This document shows, piece after piece, positions 8,024 to 10,146 of a stretch of 10,146 nt of DNA. This stretch comes from Candidatus Hermodarchaeota archaeon (lineage in GTDB: Archaea; Asgardarchaeota; Hermodarchaeia; Hermodarchaeales; Hermodarchaeaceae). The translations under genes and the position numbers were made by a program. Position 1 is the stretch's first letter. Each line of letters starts with the position of its first letter. The notes beneath the pieces were generated by a model. It was not told where the DNA came from, ran no database searches, and saw nothing but the letters and a program-made list of their open reading frames with translations. Where the stretch lies: assembly GCA_016840065.1 (NCBI GenBank), contig JAEOTB010000024.1, forward strand, positions 1 through 10,146, written 5' to 3'.

Positions 8024-8248
8024 ATTGACCGAACCCCGCCTGTAATCACTCGACGTTAATCACATAAAAACTGAACTTTTACTCAAAGCTGAATTTTTCA
8101 CTTTTCTCTCTTGAAAGATAATCTGTTGTTTGTTGATTTCTTCTCATCGAAGGCTACAACAAGCGTTCTCCGTTAATCCTCTACCATTCTCGTTTTCTGT
8201 TGTCATCACCTTCCACAAGCGATGTCTCGTATTCAATTCTTCTCCAGG

Positions 8249-8258
8249 ATATTTAAGG
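8249..8258 (-). promoter_or_regulatory. Putative TATA box for the nrdH-nrdD transcript
   Basis: Minus strand reads CCTTAAATAT. It is the best TATA match between the sRNA and nrdH, and implies a leader of about 200 nt. Confidence 0.4.
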
Positions 8259-8282
8259 ACTAGAGGGGTCCGGAAAAGTTAG

Positions 8283-8303
8283 CAAGAAAAATTAATTGTA
8301 AAA
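8283..8303 (-). terminator. Oligo-T tracts downstream of the C/D sRNA (putative archaeal terminator)
   Basis: Minus strand reads TTTTACAATTAATTTTTCTTG just after the 3' arm of the sRNA terminal stem. Confidence 0.45.
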
Positions 8304-8306
8304 GTG

Positions 8307-8400
8307 CAGCCGCCCACTAAACTCCGAGTAACTATGATCTATCATCCCGCTATTCGCGGTCAGGCAAATGCCTTTACCTTCATCGCGTAGTGTGCGACTA
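8307..8400 (-). ncRNA. Double-guide box C/D sRNA (2'-O-methylation guide) targeting LSU rRNA helix 69 and the adjacent 1935-1944 region
   Basis: Minus strand order: box C GCGAUGA (8386-8380), guide AGGUAAAGGCAUUUGC, box D' CUGA (8363-8360), 11-nt spacer, box C' GGGAUGA (8348-8342), guide UAGAUCAUAGUUACU, box D CGGA (8326-8323). A 13-position terminal stem pairs 8400-8388 with 8319-8307 (one mismatch, two G-U pairs). The guides are complementary to the conserved LSU sequences CAAAUGCCUU and AGUAACUAUGA. Confidence 0.88.
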
Positions 8401-8420
8401 AAAACCGTGAACCAGTCGAT

Positions 8421-8443
8421 GTAAATAAAACTACCTATAAAGG
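8421..8443. promoter_or_regulatory. Divergent TATA region shared by the sRNA (-) and the asparagine synthase-like gene (+)
   Basis: Minus strand TTTTATTTAC (8430-8421) lies about 22-30 nt before the sRNA 5' stem. CCTATAAAGG (8434-8443) reads as TATA-like on both strands, about 30 nt before ATG 8471. Confidence 0.5.
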
Positions 8444-8470
8444 TCCATGACGGCTAATGAGTAATCAAAT

Positions 8471-9358
8471 ATGACTGCCGATGCTCTCTTTTCTAACGTC
8501 AGGAAGTTAAAGACATTACTAAGTGATGTTGTTGCGCAGCATCTAGTTTCTGTTGAAAATAAAGGACTACTATTTTCTGGTGGTCTCGATAGCAGCATCT
8601 TGTTGGCGCTTCTTTCATCACATGATTCCATTCCAATTCCTCTTTTTGTATCTGGTACGGCTTCGGCTAAGGATGTCTATGCTGCTCGTAAAGCAGCAAT
8701 AGCATTGGGTCTCCCAATCGAAATTCAGAATTTCACCTTAGATGATGTTGAGCGTGTCCTACACACAATCATAACTGCTGCAAACAGTACTGATGTCCTA
8801 CAAGTGAGTCTTGCAATTCCGCTCTACTTCGCGATAATGCGAGCCCAAAAACTCGGAATAACTACCCTTGTATCAGGTCAAGGTGCTGATGAATTATTCG
8901 GAGGATATGCCCGTTATGAACGTCTTGTGCTAGAAGAAGAGTTACAATTAGTTTTGACTGAAATGCAAGCGGATCTCAAGACATTGAGGCGAGTAACTTA
9001 TCCCTGTCAGCAGTCCCTCGCAAAATTTCACGGCATCCAACTTGTTGCTCCCTTCATGGCTCCTAGCATAGTTACCTATTCTCAATCATTACCACTCCAT
9101 CAAAAAATTATTTCTACTGAACGAGGGGTCATAAGAAAACGGATTCTCCGCAAGCTAGCTATGGACTTGAAATTACCGGAATTCATCGTTAAAGCACCTA
9201 AGCGAGCTCTTCAATACGGATCAGGAGCAAGGCGCATCCTTGAGCGACTTTCTGCACGATACTGGCAGCAACGAAAACCCTCCCTTCTAGGTCGCGAAAC
9301 GCGAAGCCATACCAAAATTCACCAGTTTCTCTGCCAAATACAAGAAGGTCTGTCATGA
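8471..9358 (+). CDS. Asparagine synthase-like protein, C-terminal synthetase (PP-loop ATP pyrophosphatase) domain only
   Basis: Contains 'LFSGGLDSS', 'SGQGADELFGGYARY', 'PF', 'RKRILR' and 'PKRALQYGSG'. At 295 aa it has no N-terminal Ntn glutaminase domain and no MCGI start. Confidence 0.85.
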   Translation: MTADALFSNVRKLKTLLSDVVAQHLVSVENKGLLFSGGLDSSILLALLSSHDSIPIPLFVSGTASAKDVYAARKAAIALGLPIEIQNFTLDDVERVLHTIITAANSTDVLQVSLAIPLYFAIMRAQKLGITTLVSGQGADELFGGYARYERLVLEEELQLVLTEMQADLKTLRRVTYPCQQSLAKFHGIQLVAPFMAPSIVTYSQSLPLHQKIISTERGVIRKRILRKLAMDLKLPEFIVKAPKRALQYGSGARRILERLSARYWQQRKPSLLGRETRSHTKIHQFLCQIQEGLS

Positions 9359-9395
9359 TGATTCGTTCAAAAACACCAGGTCTTCTAAAGATCTG

Positions 9396-9782
9396 CTAGA
9401 GCATTATTTCAAGGGACTTCTCAAGAAAATCGAGAATAATATAACAAGCCCCTAGGTGAGCACTGTGTTCAGTGATTACTGCTAACATACCAATTGCTCC
9501 AATTCGACGAACTAAAAGGTGACCATTCCCGCAGCGGAGTACCAAATCCTCATAATCCCCGATTTTTAATTGTTCAGCCACCTGCTCAGATAAGGAACCT
9601 AAAGATGCAATTGCCGCTGCCAGTTCAACCTTTGCATTCTCTTCCTTCGTCATCTGAACAACGAGTGGAAATCCCTCTGGCGACATCAAAGCAGCGCTTG
9701 TAATCGACGGCTCTTTCTTCACTACATCTGCTAAAATTTCATCGATTCTTTTCAGGATATCTGGCGCCAAGGATGGTTGCAT
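9396..9782 (-). CDS. Roadblock/LC7 domain protein (MglB-like)
   Basis: 128 aa with the roadblock pattern 'ITSAALMSPEGFPL', 'LAAAIASLGSLSEQVAEQLKIGDYE', 'GHLLV' and 'AHLG'. Confidence 0.88.
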   Translation of the reverse strand: MQPSLAPDILKRIDEILADVVKKEPSITSAALMSPEGFPLVVQMTKEENAKVELAAAIASLGSLSEQVAEQLKIGDYEDLVLRCGNGHLLVRRIGAIGMLAVITEHSAHLGACYIILDFLEKSLEIML

Positions 9783-9929
9783 GTGTTTCCTGTGCTCTCC
9801 AGACCTTTTTATTTTTCTCCAAGAATCAGAACTGTAATTTCCAGTGGAGGATTATCATGATTTTAGTTGAACGCAGCTTTTATTAGCATCAATGCTTTCT
9901 CTGACTTCCTCAGATGCTTGGTGACTATC

Positions 9930-10146
9930 TTGACTGAAGAAACAACACCGAAGAGAAGAACACGAAAAACTACCAAGACTACAACTAGCAGCTCGAAACC
10001 GAAGAGCAAGTCAACATCCAAAGCCAAGCCTAAGGCTAAGCCCAAGGCCAAAGCTAAGCCTAAAGCCAAGCCTAAGGCTAAGCCCAAGGCCAAAGCTAAG
10101 CCTAAAGCCAAGCCTAAGGCTAAGCCCAAGGCCAAAGCTAAGCCTA
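9930..10146 (+). CDS. N-terminal fragment of a highly basic Lys/Ala/Pro/Thr-rich protein (histone H1-tail-like low-complexity region), truncated by the window end
   Basis: TTG 9930 follows SD GGTGA at 9920-9924. Translation is MTEETTPKRRTRKTTKTTTSSSKPKSKSTS(KAKPKAKPKAKAKP)x3, open to the end. TATA-like TTTTTATTA lies near 9877-9885. Confidence 0.8.
   Translation, partial: MTEETTPKRRTRKTTKTTTSSSKPKSKSTSKAKPKAKPKAKAKPKAKPKAKPKAKAKPKAKPKAKPKAKAKP
10020..10145 (+). repeat. Three exact tandem copies of a 42-bp coding repeat
   Basis: AAAGCCAAGCCTAAGGCTAAGCCCAAGGCCAAAGCTAAGCCT occurs at 10020-10061, 10062-10103 and 10104-10145. Confidence 0.97.

Noticed and set aside
8060-8206. Selenocysteine read-through of the TGA in the small leader ORF
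   Set aside because: No SECIS-like hairpin or selenoprotein motif is recognisable, and the read-through product looks random.
8120-8209. Second box C/D-like RNA (GUGAUGA at 8209-8203, UCGAUGA near 8150-8144, CGGA/CAGA candidates)
   Set aside because: There is no canonical CUGA, spacing is irregular, no terminal stem is evident, and the A-rich putative guides match no rRNA or tRNA sequence I recognise.
8326-8374. Possible 23S rRNA gene fragment on the + strand
   Set aside because: Only two 10-12 nt blocks match rRNA, and the sequence between them is box C'/D' rather than rRNA. An antisense guide RNA explains the pattern.
8024-8420. Cobalamin riboswitch or NrdR box upstream of the nrd operon
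   Set aside because: No B12-box or NrdR-box consensus is seen, and the structured segment is fully explained by the C/D RNA.
8431-8631. Minus-strand 66-aa ORF
   Set aside because: It is antisense to the well-supported asparagine synthase-like gene and overlaps the promoter region.
1762-9703. Remaining short ORFs in the track (e.g. 4492-4920, 5409-5690, 7274-7510, 3688-3954, 9494-9703)
   Set aside because: All overlap better-supported genes in antisense or alternative frames and carry no recognisable motifs.
9863-10135. Minus-strand 90-aa ORF with LALGLALG repeats
   Set aside because: It is the antisense shadow of the Lys-rich repeat gene. The + frame has the SD, start and TATA.
10020-10145. 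Possible CRISPR array
   Set aside because: The repeats are directly contiguous with no spacers, are in-frame coding, and no cas genes are nearby.

Overview
Archaeal genomic window, probably TACK/Asgard. The basis is the BRE-TATA promoters, GGTGA/GGAG Shine-Dalgarno motifs, frequent TTG/GTG starts, a roadblock/LC7 gene, a PAC2 gene and a TFS-like gene. The left end holds a divergent glycosylation pair: a truncated GT-C-like membrane protein and a Wzx/MATE-type flippase. Next on the + strand come a class III RNR activase (nrdG), two hypothetical genes and a single-zinc-ribbon TFS/RpoM paralogue. On the - strand are nrdH-nrdD (thioredoxin-like-protein-associated class III RNR), a four-CxxC zinc protein and a PAC2 proteasome chaperone ending in an HbYX motif. 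The right end carries a synthetase-only asparagine synthase-like gene, a roadblock protein and a truncated Lys/Ala/Pro-rich protein built from exact 42-bp repeats. The most notable element is absent from the ORF track: a ~94-nt double-guide box C/D sRNA on the - strand (8307-8400). By the N+5 rule its two guides predict 2'-O-methylation of LSU rRNA A1913 and A1938 (E. coli numbering). These positions are equivalent to the eukaryotic sites yeast Am2256 (snR63) and Am2281 (snR13).
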